From a virus, in IMG/VR virus record IMGVR_UViG_3300013102_000032, positions 1-64,000 of that record: DNA of 64,000 nt. One strand, 5' to 3'. Numbering within the stretch: the first letter of the stretch is position 1; each line of letters starts with the position of its first letter. A program made the translations under genes and the position numbers. The notes under the pieces are model-generated. The model ran no database searches. It saw only the letters and a program-made list of their open reading frames with translations, and was not told where the DNA came from. Shown piece by piece: positions 20,371-30,477 of this stretch.

Positions 20371-23300
20371 TTACATTTCTGTGCTCACATGTTGACGTTG
20401 TGGACTACTTCTAATTATCTTAGCTTTTGTCAGATGCCACTCTAAAACATTAGGATTTCTCTTCCATTTATTATCTTCCATTTTCCATCCTTCTTGCTGT
20501 TCGATATCTACTACTTGTATAACATCTCCAACATACAACATCGGCTCGTCATCTTTCCAGAATTGCTTCTTGTTAATTTTAACGGTAAACTCTTCGCCTG
20601 TCTTAATCTTGTAAAGTAATACTTTTGGTGTGTACTTCTTATCAATCTCCATAACTAAAGCGTAAGAAGGACTTACAGAATCCCATACAGAAACAGCGTA
20701 ACCTAAGTTTTCTTTTTCAAATGCAATCTGTTCGTACAATTCGATCTTACGTGGAGGATTATTTTTCACTGCAATTTCATATTCACGAAGATTCTCAAGA
20801 CGTTGTGCCTTAGAAGCATCAGAAAGTTTGTTATCGTATTTCAATGGTCGTTTGATTGTCTTAGGCGTTTTTCTTACTTCGCCTGTTCTTTTCATAACCT
20901 TAGTTTCGATTATTTCTTTATCTGCAAACTCTGGATACAATTCGAAATTCGCTTTTCTAGGCTTGCCGTTTTCATCATCCTTTGCAACCATTGTTGTATA
21001 GATTTCTAACAAAGCTTCTCTAGTTCCAAATTCCTTGAAGAAGTCTAATCGTATTAAAATTTCCATTTGCTTAGTGTTGGCGGATGTTTGCAATATGTCT
21101 ACCAATAGACCAACCCAATCATTTCTATCATAGTAATTTTTAGATAGTTCAAATAGCTCTTCTGCAACTTTCGCACTAATAAATTTAATAGATGAGATAC
21201 CTTTATAGATGTTGTTATTATCTCTGTTGAAGCTATAATACGCTCTAGACTGACCAAATTGAATAGGCTTAATTTCAATACCTCTCATTTTAGCGTAACT
21301 GATAATCTCAGATGTCTTCTCCTTGTCTCCCTCTTGCAAGTTAAGATAAGAAGATAAAAATTCTAATGGATAGTAATATCGTAACCAAGCACCAATATAT
21401 CCAATGTAACTATAAGGTTGTGAATGATTGATAGAGAATCCATAACGACTAGCATCATCGATAACCTGTAAGAAAGATTCTAAGATTTGTAATGCGTGTT
21501 CCTCAGATTCATCATACACTTCTTTCATGAAGCTAATAAATCCTTCACGTACTTTAGGTAAGTATTGCTCAGTACCTTCTTTCTTAGAAAGCCCTCGTCT
21601 CACCGTATCAGAATCCGCTCCAGTGTGTTTACAGAAATCAGTCAAGAATAACATGATTTGTTCTTGATATATTAAATAACCCAAAGTAGGTTTTAAAGAA
21701 TCATTAAGTGCGTGATGTCCATTGTCTTTAAATATACCCTTTGCTAATTCATATCTGTACGATGCTCCAGAAGGTCGGATAGCTCCATTAGCCATAGACA
21801 ATAAATCAATATAATCAACATCGCCTACGTTGTTCTTAATGTAGTCAAGAGTTTCATCGCTAAACAACTGTTTTAGATAATTGAATCCCAAATCACTCTC
21901 AAATTGGAATATACCTAATGTCGATTCACGCAACGACTTCCAAACTTTTTCATCGCTTATATCGATATTGTCTGGTGTCAATCGAGTTATTCCTGCCTTT
22001 TTGCAAGTTTCGTTTATTAACTCGATATTATCTAATCCTAAGATATCTAGCTTTACATAATTCTGACCATCCAATTCTTTCATATTTACAGATGTTACAC
22101 GATATTTACTTTCTTTTGTATACAGAGTAGATACATTAGTGTCTAAGTCAATAGGAGATACTACGAATCCACTAGGATGACTACCCATAGACTCTATAAC
22201 GCCACTCAACAAATCAACATATTCAAACATTTCTGGATACTTTTCTCTAAACTTCTTGTCAATGTGGTCTTTTCCGTTGAATGTCTCTACTGATTTAGCT
22301 ATAGTATCTACTACATCTAACGGCATGTCCATCCCTTTACCAACTAATCGTATTGATCCTTTTAGGGCTTTTGTATTGAAAGTGATAATCTCTGCAAAAT
22401 CTATTCCTTCTAAAGTTGACAAATAATCTATAACCTCTTGTCTACGAGTTGGAGGGAAATCTATATCAATATCCGCTAATGAAATTCTGTCTGGATTCAA
22501 GAATCGGAAGAAGTTTAGTTTATGCTTAATAGAGTCCATTTCTGTGATTCCTAAAACATATGCTATTAAACTACCATTCACAGAGCCACGACCATACCCT
22601 TGATAAATATCTTTTGAATGACACCAGTCAATGATATTCTTTTGTAATAACATATAATCTACTGTATCTAATTTTACGTATGTATCAAATTCTTCTTTTA
22701 TTCTGTTGAAGTATTCCTTCTTTTTGTCAGCAGGAAATTTATTAATTCCACGTTTTACAACGCCTTCATTAATCATTTCTTGAAACACTTCTAGTGGCTT
22801 GTCGTACATCTTTGGATACTTAGGAGTTCCATCTAAAGTGAACTCTTCAACCATGTCAGCCATTACGTTCGTATTATGTATAGCTTCTAAATATATATGT
22901 CTTGGTAGAGCACCCTGCTTTTCAAACATATCAACTAGCTCTGGATATGATTTAAAAGTTAAATCAAAAACATCTTCATCGCCATAACTAGCACCTTTAG
23001 ACTTCAAGTACAACTGTCGTGCTCTTGCATGTTCTCTATTAAGAGAGTGAGTATCTGTCCCTGCAATCAGAGGAATATTTAACTCTTTAGACAATCTCAT
23101 CAACATCTGATTGAATTGCACTTGCTCTGGATGACTATGGTATTGCACTTCAAAAAACATACGATGCTTATTTCTAGCCATCCAATTTAATAAATCTTCC
23201 AACTCTCTCTTAGCATTCTTATCTTTTACTCCAAATTCTCCATATGCTCTATTCTGTAGTCTCCACAAAGGAGAGGCTAAGCAAGCGGATGTCATAAGTA

Positions 23301-23745
23301 TGTTATCTGAGGTATTTTTAAGCTCATCAAATGTCATCCGTGGATTATAGTAATAGTGACCATCTTTCTTAAAAGAGTCAGAAGTCATTTTGTTTAATTC
23401 CATTACACCGTCATAGTTTTTAGCTAACAACATGTAATGGAAATTATCTCTTTCTAATATTAGCTTTCCTGTTTCTTCGCCAAACTCATCTCGCTCTTTG
23501 TCGATTTTTTGAGTTAAGTAAATCTCATTAGCGTGGATGTATTTCATTCCACGCTTTTCAGTATCCTTCTTCTTATTAATCCAGTTCATTACACTACCAT
23601 GTTCACTTATTGCGAAAGCAGTCATACCTAATTCTTGAGCTTTATCTAGGTAGTCTGTGTATTTTGTAATTGAATCTGCACCTGTACCTGCGGTAAGATT
23701 CGACAAATCACTATGGTCATGATATAATACGTAGTTATCCGTCAC
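20371..23745 (-). CDS. dnaE: DNA polymerase III alpha subunit (DnaE, family C)
   Basis: PHP domain HDHS...SEHG; GRGS, DIDIDF, KLDILGL and YGFSINHS motifs. Confidence 0.95.
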   Translation of the reverse strand: MTDNYVLYHDHSDLSNLTAGTGADSITKYTDYLDKAQELGMTAFAISEHGSVMNWINKKKDTEKRGMKYIHANEIYLTQKIDKERDEFGEETGKLILERDNFHYMLLAKNYDGVMELNKMTSDSFKKDGHYYYNPRMTFDELKNTSDNILMTSACLASPLWRLQNRAYGEFGVKDKNAKRELEDLLNWMARNKHRMFFEVQYHSHPEQVQFNQMLMRLSKELNIPLIAGTDTHSLNREHARARQLYLKSKGASYGDEDVFDLTFKSYPELVDMFEKQGALPRHIYLEAIHNTNVMADMVEEFTLDGTPKYPKMYDKPLEVFQEMINEGVVKRGINKFPADKKKEYFNRIKEEFDTYVKLDTVDYMLLQKNIIDWCHSKDIYQGYGRGSVNGSLIAYVLGITEMDSIKHKLNFFRFLNPDRISLADIDIDFPPTRRQEVIDYLSTLEGIDFAEIITFNTKALKGSIRLVGKGMDMPLDVVDTIAKSVETFNGKDHIDKKFREKYPEMFEYVDLLSGVIESMGSHPSGFVVSPIDLDTNVSTLYTKESKYRVTSVNMKELDGQNYVKLDILGLDNIELINETCKKAGITRLTPDNIDISDEKVWKSLRESTLGIFQFESDLGFNYLKQLFSDETLDYIKNNVGDVDYIDLLSMANGAIRPSGASYRYELAKGIFKDNGHHALNDSLKPTLGYLIYQEQIMLFLTDFCKHTGADSDTVRRGLSKKEGTEQYLPKVREGFISFMKEVYDESEEHALQILESFLQVIDDASRYGFSINHSQPYSYIGYIGAWLRYYYPLEFLSSYLNLQEGDKEKTSEIISYAKMRGIEIKPIQFGQSRAYYSFNRDNNNIYKGISSIKFISAKVAEELFELSKNYYDRNDWVGLLVDILQTSANTKQMEILIRLDFFKEFGTREALLEIYTTMVAKDDENGKPRKANFELYPEFADKEIIETKVMKRTGEVRKTPKTIKRPLKYDNKLSDASKAQRLENLREYEIAVKNNPPRKIELYEQIAFEKENLGYAVSVWDSVSPSYALVMEIDKKYTPKVLLYKIKTGEEFTVKINKKQFWKDDEPMLYVGDVIQVVDIEQQEGWKMEDNKWKRNPNVLEWHLTKAKIIRSSPQRQHVSTEM

Positions 23746-24254
23746 TTACTCATCAACTCCAGTTTTTGAATTTCTTTCATTCGTTTTATGACAATCTCTT
23801 TGCTGTCTAAGTACTCCTTATCTCCGAAAGCATCGTGAAGCATGTTTAAATCATTTATAACATCTAAACATTCATCGATAGTTTTAAATGTGGTGTAATC
23901 GACAATGCTCTTGTCTATTTTAGACTCATGAAAATCTCTGCTATCATTAGCAATTCTTACGAAGTCTGGCACACCATACAATCCCATATCTTCTCTATCT
24001 TTCTTAATGATATGATGAAGCATTTCATTATTGACACTACCTAATCTTGAATGGATAGCTAGTTCATCATATTTTACAATCTCAAAACTCGCATCTTCTT
24101 GTACTGGATATATCTGCATAATCTCATAATCCTTATCTTCTGCGACTTCATCAGTTAGAAATTCTTGATACTCAAGGAAATCAACAACCATAAAGATTTG
24201 AGTTCCGCCCACTTTTTTCAAGTAGACGGCATCTCCTATGTTAAACCAATTCAT
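23742..24254 (-). CDS. Hypothetical protein (C-terminal IDEAL-like helices)
   Basis: ORF with RBS; TIDECLD..ND motif. Confidence 0.55.
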   Translation of the reverse strand: MNWFNIGDAVYLKKVGGTQIFMVVDFLEYQEFLTDEVAEDKDYEIMQIYPVQEDASFEIVKYDELAIHSRLGSVNNEMLHHIIKKDREDMGLYGVPDFVRIANDSRDFHESKIDKSIVDYTTFKTIDECLDVINDLNMLHDAFGDKEYLDSKEIVIKRMKEIQKLELMSK

Positions 24255-24287
24255 AATAGCACCCTCCTTAATTTTATTGTTAAATTA

Positions 24288-24316
24288 ATTATACCACATA
24301 ACATCAAATAAGTCAA
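24288..24316 (-). promoter_or_regulatory. Sigma-A promoter
   Basis: TTGACT-17-TATAAT with TGG. Confidence 0.7.
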
Positions 24317-24352
24317 CGGTTTATACTATTATTAGTTGCTATTGTAACTTTG

Positions 24353-24961
24353 TTAAAAACTATGTAATTGAATTAAATTCTTATAACAACTAAAACATAC
24401 TGATTCATACTTTTGTTCTTTATTTTCAAAGTCTTCCACATTCACAGATTCGCCATCTTTTTGAATTTCTCCGTTTAGATATAGAGTGTGATGTGTGGCA
24501 TAATTATTACAATGATCGCATGACATATCTAAAGTAGTCAATCTAAAACCGCACTCCATAGCTCTTCTAACAGGTTCAAACATCTTGCCATTATAAGACA
24601 TCATAAGTCCATAAGCGTAGATGTCAACATTGAAAGATATAGATATTTCAGCAATCATCTCTACCTGTTCTACTGTAAAGAATTGTAATTCATCTATTAG
24701 TATTACATCTGGACTTTCAATCAATGTTGCTTCAAACATAATAACTCCATCGTCATCTTTTGGCACTACGATAGCAGGTCTTTTAATTGGCAAAGCCCTA
24801 GAGACAACGTTAGCACCATCTCTAGTGTCTGTTTCTGGTTTGAATGTCAATACTTTTTTACCTTGTTCGTCTAGTAGATAACCTTTCATAATTAACTGTG
24901 CCGACTTTGCCGATTTCATAGTTCCTAATATTAAATCTCTAACTCTCAAATCTCTAGACAT
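24353..24961 (-). CDS. tdk: Thymidine kinase
   Basis: GTMKSAKS P-loop, IDELQF, zinc Cys pairs, YESVCFSCY. Confidence 0.9.
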   Translation of the reverse strand: MSRDLRVRDLILGTMKSAKSAQLIMKGYLLDEQGKKVLTFKPETDTRDGANVVSRALPIKRPAIVVPKDDDGVIMFEATLIESPDVILIDELQFFTVEQVEMIAEISISFNVDIYAYGLMMSYNGKMFEPVRRAMECGFRLTTLDMSCDHCNNYATHHTLYLNGEIQKDGESVNVEDFENKEQKYESVCFSCYKNLIQLHSF

Positions 24962-24976
24962 AATAACTCTCCTTGT

Positions 24977-25813
24977 TTATAGAATTTCTTCAATAAAAAA
25001 TTCAACATTCTTCTTAGCTTCTCGATTATACCAATCCAATGCAAACGGTTCGTATTTAATCTTATGAATCTTTATTAGCTCTGTCATGTCTAATATTGGA
25101 TTCAAGTTATACAATTCAAGAGCAAATTCTTCCGCATATTTCAAAGCCTCTTCCTTACTGTCGAATTGCATATTTTTAACTTCATTAATTTTATAATTAT
25201 CCGTCTTAATGCTCGCATAGATATTAAATCTTCTACCCTTTGCAATTCCAGTATACTCCGCCATTAAATCTTCAAAAGCCTCTACTAGTAGTGAGTTAAT
25301 ATCATTACCATATTTGCACCGTTCTTTGTTGATAGAGAATGACGGATCGAAAATCACATTAGTATATGTAAGCTCATTAATAAATTGAGAGTAGTCATGT
25401 AATGTTAAGTCTCTCATTTCTAAGACCAACATAGTGTTGTCGATTCGCTTAACCATCAATTCATCTTCTTCCGTCAGTGGTTCTAATAATAAATGCTCTT
25501 CGATTGCTCTCTCTACAGCATGTTCAATAGCCGAAAATTCTTTTAACAATTTCTTTAATGGTGTTGGACAGTCGCCTACATAAGCTTCTGTAAAATCGTG
25601 CTTAAACCAATGTAATTTTTGTAAAGTTGTATATCCTAGTTTTTCAGCTAATTTCAATCCTAAATAAGTATGTTCTCCAACGCTATAAGGTCTAATAGAA
25701 TGTCCTAAAAATCTATTAATATTAGGCAAAGAGTGTAGAATATCTGGAATATGAATACTGTCTTTTTTAATGTTTAAATAATCAAAGTTTCTTCCTGTGT
25801 TCGTTACTAACAT
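24977..25813 (-). CDS. HD-domain deoxynucleotide phosphohydrolase (YfbR/YfdR-like)
   Basis: RFLGH..YSVGEH, HDFTEAYVGDCPTPLK. Confidence 0.8.
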   Translation of the reverse strand: MLVTNTGRNFDYLNIKKDSIHIPDILHSLPNINRFLGHSIRPYSVGEHTYLGLKLAEKLGYTTLQKLHWFKHDFTEAYVGDCPTPLKKLLKEFSAIEHAVERAIEEHLLLEPLTEEDELMVKRIDNTMLVLEMRDLTLHDYSQFINELTYTNVIFDPSFSINKERCKYGNDINSLLVEAFEDLMAEYTGIAKGRRFNIYASIKTDNYKINEVKNMQFDSKEEALKYAEEFALELYNLNPILDMTELIKIHKIKYEPFALDWYNREAKKNVEFFIEEIL

Positions 25814-25842
25814 AACATCACTCCTAAATAAGTTTATAATTT

Positions 25843-25871
25843 ATTATATCATTATTTTTTACTTTTGTCAA
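25843..25871 (-). promoter_or_regulatory. Sigma-A promoter
   Basis: TTGACA-17-TATAAT with ATAATG. Confidence 0.75.
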
Positions 25872-25911
25872 TAAAAAAATGATAGATTTCTCTATCATTT
25901 TTTAGTTTTTA

Positions 25912-26529
25912 TTAAATTGCTTCTAAGCTTTCTGACAACTTTTCGTATTCTTCTTCTGTAATAATATCATACTTCTTTTCTGGCTTTAACATGATATCGT
26001 CAGCCACACCAAGGAGTACTGCTTTCTTTCCAGAGAAGAAGAAGTCTCTTTTTTCTTTACGTATTTTAGCCATATGTTCAGCATTAATTTTAGTCTTATC
26101 TAAGAATATACTGTCGTACATTTCTTGAAGAATATTAGCCTCCTTAATGCCGTCTTCATGGTCTTTGATATGACCTTCATTGCCATAGGCTACAGAGTGA
26201 TACATAAATCTACAGAATCGATGTGCAATTCTAACGTCTCCAGAGATAAAGATCGCCAAAGCCATAGATGCTACAACTCCTAAACCGTAAGTGATAATAG
26301 GAGTGTCTGACATTTCCATAGCACCAATAATGGCATTTCCTGCCGTAGCAGAACCGCCTCCACTATTGATAAACATTTCGATAGGCTTTGGTTCGTAAGT
26401 ATTGATTACAGACATTTGTTCATCGTAATCATTAATTGCAGTAATAATGCTTACAATTTCTCCTGCCAAGTTATCTGTAATTTGCTCTGAAATAATTATT
26501 TTTCTACTAAACTCTTGTGCTTCGACCAT
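25912..26529 (-). CDS. clpP: ClpP-like protease, paralogue 1
   Basis: INSGGG, ASMA (catalytic Ser), FMYH. Confidence 0.85.
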   Translation of the reverse strand: MVEAQEFSRKIIISEQITDNLAGEIVSIITAINDYDEQMSVINTYEPKPIEMFINSGGGSATAGNAIIGAMEMSDTPIITYGLGVVASMALAIFISGDVRIAHRFCRFMYHSVAYGNEGHIKDHEDGIKEANILQEMYDSIFLDKTKINAEHMAKIRKEKRDFFFSGKKAVLLGVADDIMLKPEKKYDIITEEEYEKLSESLEAI

Positions 26530-26547
26530 ATGGCGACACCTCTTCTT

Positions 26548-27057
26548 TTATGATTTTACCAACTTTTCAACTCTTTCATATGTTGCAATTGTAAAAGAGT
26601 ACTTGTGTGATTTGTTAGCCTTATTGGGCTTTACGTTGGTCAACTTCCAATCTTGTACCCCAAAATTGGGGAAGTAAGTAGTCGCTTTGTTACTTGCGTT
26701 ATGTACATGTGTTAATATTAACTTTTCAGCATATGGAATAAATTGACGATATACTTCACCGCCACCTATTACATAAACATCTTCTGTTAAAGCTTTTGAT
26801 AAAACTTCCTCTATAGAGTTAATTATTGTAACTCCATCGATACTTAAAAGAGGATCTCTAGTCAACACATAGTTATCTCGATCTTTTAGAGGTTTCTTTT
26901 TTAATGAGTCATATGTCTTTCTTCCCATAACAACCGTATGACCTTTTGTTGTCTTTGTAAAGTGAGCCATATCTTTAGGTAGATTGTATAGTAAATTACC
27001 TTTTTCATCTCCGATACCGTTATTAGTATCAGTCATTGCAATTAAAATAATTGGCAT
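26548..27057 (-). CDS. folA: Dihydrofolate reductase
   Basis: DMAHF, VVMGRKTYDSL, IGGGEVY. Confidence 0.95.
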   Translation of the reverse strand: MPIILIAMTDTNNGIGDEKGNLLYNLPKDMAHFTKTTKGHTVVMGRKTYDSLKKKPLKDRDNYVLTRDPLLSIDGVTIINSIEEVLSKALTEDVYVIGGGEVYRQFIPYAEKLILTHVHNASNKATTYFPNFGVQDWKLTNVKPNKANKSHKYSFTIATYERVEKLVKS

Positions 27058-27293
27058 TAATCCGTCTCTCCTTCTTCGTACTCTATAGTGAAGCTTTCTC
27101 CTTTTTTACCTGCCTCCCAAGCCATACGTAATATCTCTGGAATGTCGTAGCAGTCTGAGAAGTTCTCTGACAGAGTATTATCTTCTGGAAATTCAGAGTT
27201 ATGCACGCTGAATTTAGTTGCATCGTTAATAGTAATTTCTAATACCTCATGCAAACCATTGCAACTGTTCTCTCTTAATACTGTTACTCTCAT
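27057..27293 (-). CDS. Hypothetical protein
   Basis: ORF with RBS GGAGG between thyA and folA. Confidence 0.6.
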   Translation of the reverse strand: MRVTVLRENSCNGLHEVLEITINDATKFSVHNSEFPEDNTLSENFSDCYDIPEILRMAWEAGKKGESFTIEYEEGETD

Positions 27294-27311
27294 ATCTGTT
27301 TCCTCCTGTTG

Positions 27312-28166
27312 TTAAATTCCTAGTTCAAATTTCAATTGTGGAATACTAGGCTTATAGTCAATTAATTCGAAGTCATCTACGGTTATTTCATAAAAGTTAG
27401 TGCCGTCTGGTACATTCAACTTAAAAGTAGTTTGCATGTCAGAAGGCGTTCTTTTAATTAACTCTTTAGCTTGTTCAAGATGTCTTGAATATACATGAAG
27501 ATTTTGTACAAAGTGAGAAAACACTCCTACTTGATATCCACAATGTTTTGCTACCATCATCATAAATGCTACATATTGCATTTTATTAATGTGACCTGCT
27601 ACCAAATAGTCAGAAGATCGTTGAATCAAAGTCATGTCAAGAAACATAATTCCATTCACTTTTCTAACAGAGAATAAAGTAAGAAAAGCACATGGTAGCA
27701 ATCCGTCTGTTTCACTAAAGTTATCTTCTTGCCATAATGATATAATATGTCGTCTGCTATATGGATCTTTTACAAGGTTAGTTAGCAACTTGTTCATTAA
27801 GTCATATCTATCAACAGTTGCTCCATATCGAAGACCAATAGTATCGTCCTTTTCCTCACCATCTCCAACTTCCCATTCTCTCCACCACATGATGCCGTAT
27901 TCCCCTTCTAGTCTTGACAGGTTGGAAGTTTGGTCTTGATAAATCCATCTAATCTCGTTGATGCCGTTTTTGATAGCAATCTTTCTTAAGCTAGTTAGAG
28001 GCATTTCACCTTTGCTTAAATCATATTTCTCAAACACTTGCGTTATGTATACTGAATGTGCAGGCTCTCCGTCACTTTCATATCGAGGGCGTGGGTTTTC
28101 GTCCCAACACCCATTTTCTAAGATTTCTCTGATATTCTCTTTGAATAAATCATCTGCTTTTTTCAT
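27312..28166 (-). CDS. thyA: Thymidylate synthase
   Basis: SRRHI, LLPC, QRSSD and NLHVY motifs. Confidence 0.95.
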   Translation of the reverse strand: MKKADDLFKENIREILENGCWDENPRPRYESDGEPAHSVYITQVFEKYDLSKGEMPLTSLRKIAIKNGINEIRWIYQDQTSNLSRLEGEYGIMWWREWEVGDGEEKDDTIGLRYGATVDRYDLMNKLLTNLVKDPYSRRHIISLWQEDNFSETDGLLPCAFLTLFSVRKVNGIMFLDMTLIQRSSDYLVAGHINKMQYVAFMMMVAKHCGYQVGVFSHFVQNLHVYSRHLEQAKELIKRTPSDMQTTFKLNVPDGTNFYEITVDDFELIDYKPSIPQLKFELGI

Positions 28167-28179
28167 TTAATTTAACTCC

Positions 28180-28434
28180 TTATTTCTTGCTGTTTTTACT
28201 CCAATGTTCAAGAGTTTCTTTTATGCTATCTTTTTTCTCTCCAGTCTTAATCAATGGTCGTTTAGCTAAAATAACAAGACTCTTAATCGCTCCAAGTCCT
28301 CCAAATAAGAAATAATATCCTAATGTATTAAGAGCAACTCCAAATAATTGTGCCATTCCTGCTATTACTACTCCTTGAAAACCAAACAAACTTAAAATCC
28401 ATCCACCTAATAAACTAAATGCGATTGAAAACAT
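28180..28434 (-). CDS. Small membrane protein
   Basis: Two to three hydrophobic helices. Confidence 0.6.
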   Translation of the reverse strand: MFSIAFSLLGGWILSLFGFQGVVIAGMAQLFGVALNTLGYYFLFGGLGAIKSLVILAKRPLIKTGEKKDSIKETLEHWSKNSKK

Positions 28435-28449
28435 ATTATCATTCTCCTT

Positions 28450-28779
28450 TTATTTTAATTTAATTTTATATACAGTTACACTTCTATCAGTAAATTGACA
28501 TTTCTTTTTGCCAACAGTTTCTACTAGTCCACTAGAGATTAATTCATTGAGTCTAGGGTGTACGCTATTTCTCTCATTGAATGCCACTAATCCTTGATTG
28601 TATAGTGCTACAGAAAGCTCTTTAGCGGTTGCTCCATTGTTGTAATTAGCAAGACTTTCATATACTAGCTTTTGTCTATCTCCTAAGAAAGTATATTCGT
28701 TTGACTTCTTGACCTTATCAACAATCTTCTTACTTATTTGACTTATATCAAAATTAGGTAAGATTTTAGAAATATCCAT
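28450..28779 (-). CDS. Winged-HTH protein
   Basis: GATAKELS...SVHPRLNELISSGLVETVG. Confidence 0.65.
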   Translation of the reverse strand: MDISKILPNFDISQISKKIVDKVKKSNEYTFLGDRQKLVYESLANYNNGATAKELSVALYNQGLVAFNERNSVHPRLNELISSGLVETVGKKKCQFTDRSVTVYKIKLK

Positions 28780-28790
28780 ATCGTCATCTC

Positions 28791-29267
28791 CTATTCTATG
28801 TATTCAAAATTTATTCGTAAAACATAACCTTTGCCATCTTCACCTTCATAATATTCATGCTCTGAATCACAAGACATGCAGAATGTAGTAAATTCATCCA
28901 CTAAGTTATTCTTTCTACTTCCACAACTAGGACATATATCAAGAGTAAACTCGCCATCAATCCTAGTATAAACACTCTCTTCACTAGGTTTCTCCTTGAT
29001 GGCTTGACCAAATTTAACACATGCTTTTTTAACTGTATTTGCATTAATATTTAACTCTCTTGCAATGTCGCTTCTAGAAGCACCGTTGATATCACGCTCT
29101 GCTACAATCTTTTTAAATTCATCGTTGAAGGTATTCTTTGTACGACTTTCATCTTTATATTTTAGCAACTCTTCTATTACGTTATCTTCGCTCAGCCCAA
29201 GCATTTCAGAAATAACTTGTATTGAGTCTCCGCTAGAGTAAGATTCTAAAATTCTATCTAATGTCAT
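28791..29267 (-). CDS. HTH + zinc-ribbon protein
   Basis: SRSDIARELNINANTVKKA; CPSC...CMSC. Confidence 0.65.
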   Translation of the reverse strand: MTLDRILESYSSGDSIQVISEMLGLSEDNVIEELLKYKDESRTKNTFNDEFKKIVAERDINGASRSDIARELNINANTVKKACVKFGQAIKEKPSEESVYTRIDGEFTLDICPSCGSRKNNLVDEFTTFCMSCDSEHEYYEGEDGKGYVLRINFEYIE

Positions 29268-29291
29268 AACTGTTGCAACCTTCCTGTATGA

Positions 29292-29732
29292 TTATTGCTT
29301 AGATTTATATAAATCACTCGCCATCTTTGAAACTACTTTCATATCAGTCTTTCCTTTTAATTTACTTGACAATTCTTTAATAGCATCTCCGATTTTACCA
29401 TTAGATGCAATAATAGAATCAACAACCTGTTTTACAATTTCAGAAGCTTCTTCTAATGTAAGTTGCTTTGGCAAGTAAGAGAATAGCAATTCTTTCTCTG
29501 CGTTTTGGCTTTCTACGCTACGACCTACCGCAACATATGATTCGATCTCTTTATCTAATTCTTTGATACTCTTAGAGATAACAGATTCAACTTGTTCATT
29601 AGTCAAAGTGGATTTGTTTGCAATCTGTTCTTTCTCAATCTTAGCTAAAAGTAATTGCAATGTAGCACGTTTAGCCTTGTCTCCACTCTTCATAGCCTCA
29701 ATACGATTTTGTTTAATTTTTTCTAACAACAT
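29292..29732 (-). CDS. GatB/YqeY domain protein
   Basis: AMKSGDK...E..LL.SYLPKQL...LKGKTDMK. Confidence 0.85.
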   Translation of the reverse strand: MLLEKIKQNRIEAMKSGDKAKRATLQLLLAKIEKEQIANKSTLTNEQVESVISKSIKELDKEIESYVAVGRSVESQNAEKELLFSYLPKQLTLEEASEIVKQVVDSIIASNGKIGDAIKELSSKLKGKTDMKVVSKMASDLYKSKQ

Positions 29733-29763
29733 AACATCAAATCCTCTCGTTTAATATATACTA

Positions 29764-29792
29764 AGTATATCATTATTTTTTATGTTTGTCAA
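29764..29792 (-). promoter_or_regulatory. Sigma-A promoter
   Basis: TTGACA-17-TATACT with ATAATG. Confidence 0.72.
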
Positions 29793-29845
29793 CACTTTTT
29801 AAAAATTAAACACTTTATATTTTTCTATAAAGTGTTTAATAGTAA

Positions 29846-30151
29846 TTACTTGAAATGAATTTTAACTTCTTCGATAATGCTAAACTCTAACTCTTCTGTT
29901 TTTCGCTCTAATCGTTTTCCGATTAAGAATACGTCAATCAAAGCCCAGATTCCAAGACCTCCAAGAGTTAGAAGTTGTCCTATGCCAACTCCAACATCGC
30001 CTAAGTAGAATCGATGTCCTCCAAATATTCCTAAAAACCACCAAAGCAGATACATTACAACTTTGTTCTTCTGTTTCTTTTCTAGTTCACTCTGCACAAT
30101 AGATAATTGCTCAGAAGACAGTTGTCTTTTTAAGAAAATATTATGACTCAT
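29846..30151 (-). CDS. TM2-domain membrane protein
   Basis: YLLWWFLGIFGGHRFYLG...TLGGLGIWALID. Confidence 0.88.
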   Translation of the reverse strand: MSHNIFLKRQLSSEQLSIVQSELEKKQKNKVVMYLLWWFLGIFGGHRFYLGDVGVGIGQLLTLGGLGIWALIDVFLIGKRLERKTEELEFSIIEEVKIHFK

Positions 30152-30192
30152 AATAAAGACCTCGTTTCTATATGTTTTTTTACTACATTAAT

Positions 30193-30221
30193 AGAATATC
30201 ATAATCTTTATCTTTTGTCAA
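30193..30221 (-). promoter_or_regulatory. Sigma-A promoter
   Basis: TTGACA-17-TATTCT with TGn. Confidence 0.65.
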
Positions 30222-30224
30222 CTA

Positions 30225-30458
30225 TTATTTAATCTTTTTACCATCTTTAAATCGTTGGATGTTGCTAGGTTTTTCTAGGGTAGCCATATGTTGTACAATC
30301 TTTACTTTAAGCAACATTAACTCATCGGTTTCTTTGTCTTTATTAATATAAAGACTAGGGTGACGGTCTTTCATCTTATAGTTTAATGAAATGCTACCGT
30401 CAATTAAGTCTCTGAGAGTCTCTAGTTCATAAAATGTAAAACTGTTTAAGTCTATCAT
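30225..30458 (-). CDS. Hypothetical protein (probable start MIDLNSF)
   Basis: RBS GAGGTG upstream of the internal ATG. Confidence 0.55.
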   Translation of the reverse strand: MIDLNSFTFYELETLRDLIDGSISLNYKMKDRHPSLYINKDKETDELMLLKVKIVQHMATLEKPSNIQRFKDGKKIK

Positions 30459-30477
30459 GTATCCACCTCTTATGATA

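Noticed and set aside
24977-25813. HD hydrolase as DatZ of a Z-genome (2-aminoadenine) pathway
   Set aside because: No PurZ or MazZ seen; the polymerase is DnaE and an adenine methylase is present
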